Source of the DNA: a virus
Lineage: Duplodnaviria; Caudoviricetes
Strand: one strand, 5' to 3'
Length of the DNA: 64,000 nucleotides
IMG/VR virus record: IMGVR_UViG_3300021255_003269
Location: 735-64,734 of that record
Positions 63,886 through 64,000 of this stretch are shown here, piece after piece. The stretch's first letter is position 1. Each line of letters starts with the position of its first letter. The notes under the pieces are model-generated. The model searched no databases. It was not told the DNA's origin and worked only from the letters and a program-made list of their open reading frames with translations. The position numbers and the translations under genes are program-made.

Positions 63886-64000
63886 AGACTTTCCACCCCT
63901 TTTTACAATACTTTCATACTGTTTTATGGGCTGATCGATAGAAACCCGTACCGTTCCAAATATCAATTAACCCATTTTCCCCTCCGGGTTTTTTTCAAAG

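Noticed and set aside
1-64000. Alternative genetic code, introns or inteins
   Set aside because: Genes are full-length and densely packed in the standard code; TerL, polymerase, thyX and capsid show no insertions.
63960-64000. cos/pac site near the window end (CCCCTCCGGG tract)
   Set aside because: Plausible by position upstream of the packaging genes, but it is truncated by the window edge and has no supporting repeat or terminal evidence.

Overview
Nearly complete genome (about 64 kb, almost all genes on the minus strand) of a temperate siphovirus-type phage, probably of a Clostridia/Firmicutes host (host inferred from strong SD sites, a Gram-positive-type lysis module and a tRNA-Thr(GGU) attP core). 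Reading from high to low coordinates: packaging genes (putative TerS, HNH, connector, TerL), three 'LxH-[YF]-G' small proteins, portal, protease-capsid fusion, neck and tail genes, a roughly 2550-aa tape measure, Dit, Tal, lysis genes, an accessory late block (fibre-like proteins, a stand-alone C39 peptidase, four proteins sharing an N-terminal leader), a tyrosine integrase with attP, about 20 kb of small early genes (including thyX and many membrane proteins), an iteron origin, a helicase-primase-PolB fusion, SSB, SNF2 helicase, two nucleases, and a single-chain two-barrel RNA polymerase (GADFDGD) that runs off the left edge and is absent from the ORF track. Strongest second-look items: (1) an integron-like array in which the last ~34 bp of the integrase gene recurs four times, each copy supplying a stop codon, RBS and start codon for a small cassette gene, between int and attP; (2) an 11-copy 26-bp promoter-like motif that does not fit sigma-A geometry; (3) three tRNA-shaped ncRNA candidates, one with a 42-nt anti-SD loop in place of the anticodon; (4) an LxH-[AGSY] motif shared by the capsid scaffold region, three small proteins and the RNAP N-terminus; (5) a C39 peptidase flanked by genes whose products carry Gly-Gly-ending leaders. 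All family names are from recall of motifs, not database searches; RNA folds and coordinates were worked out by hand.
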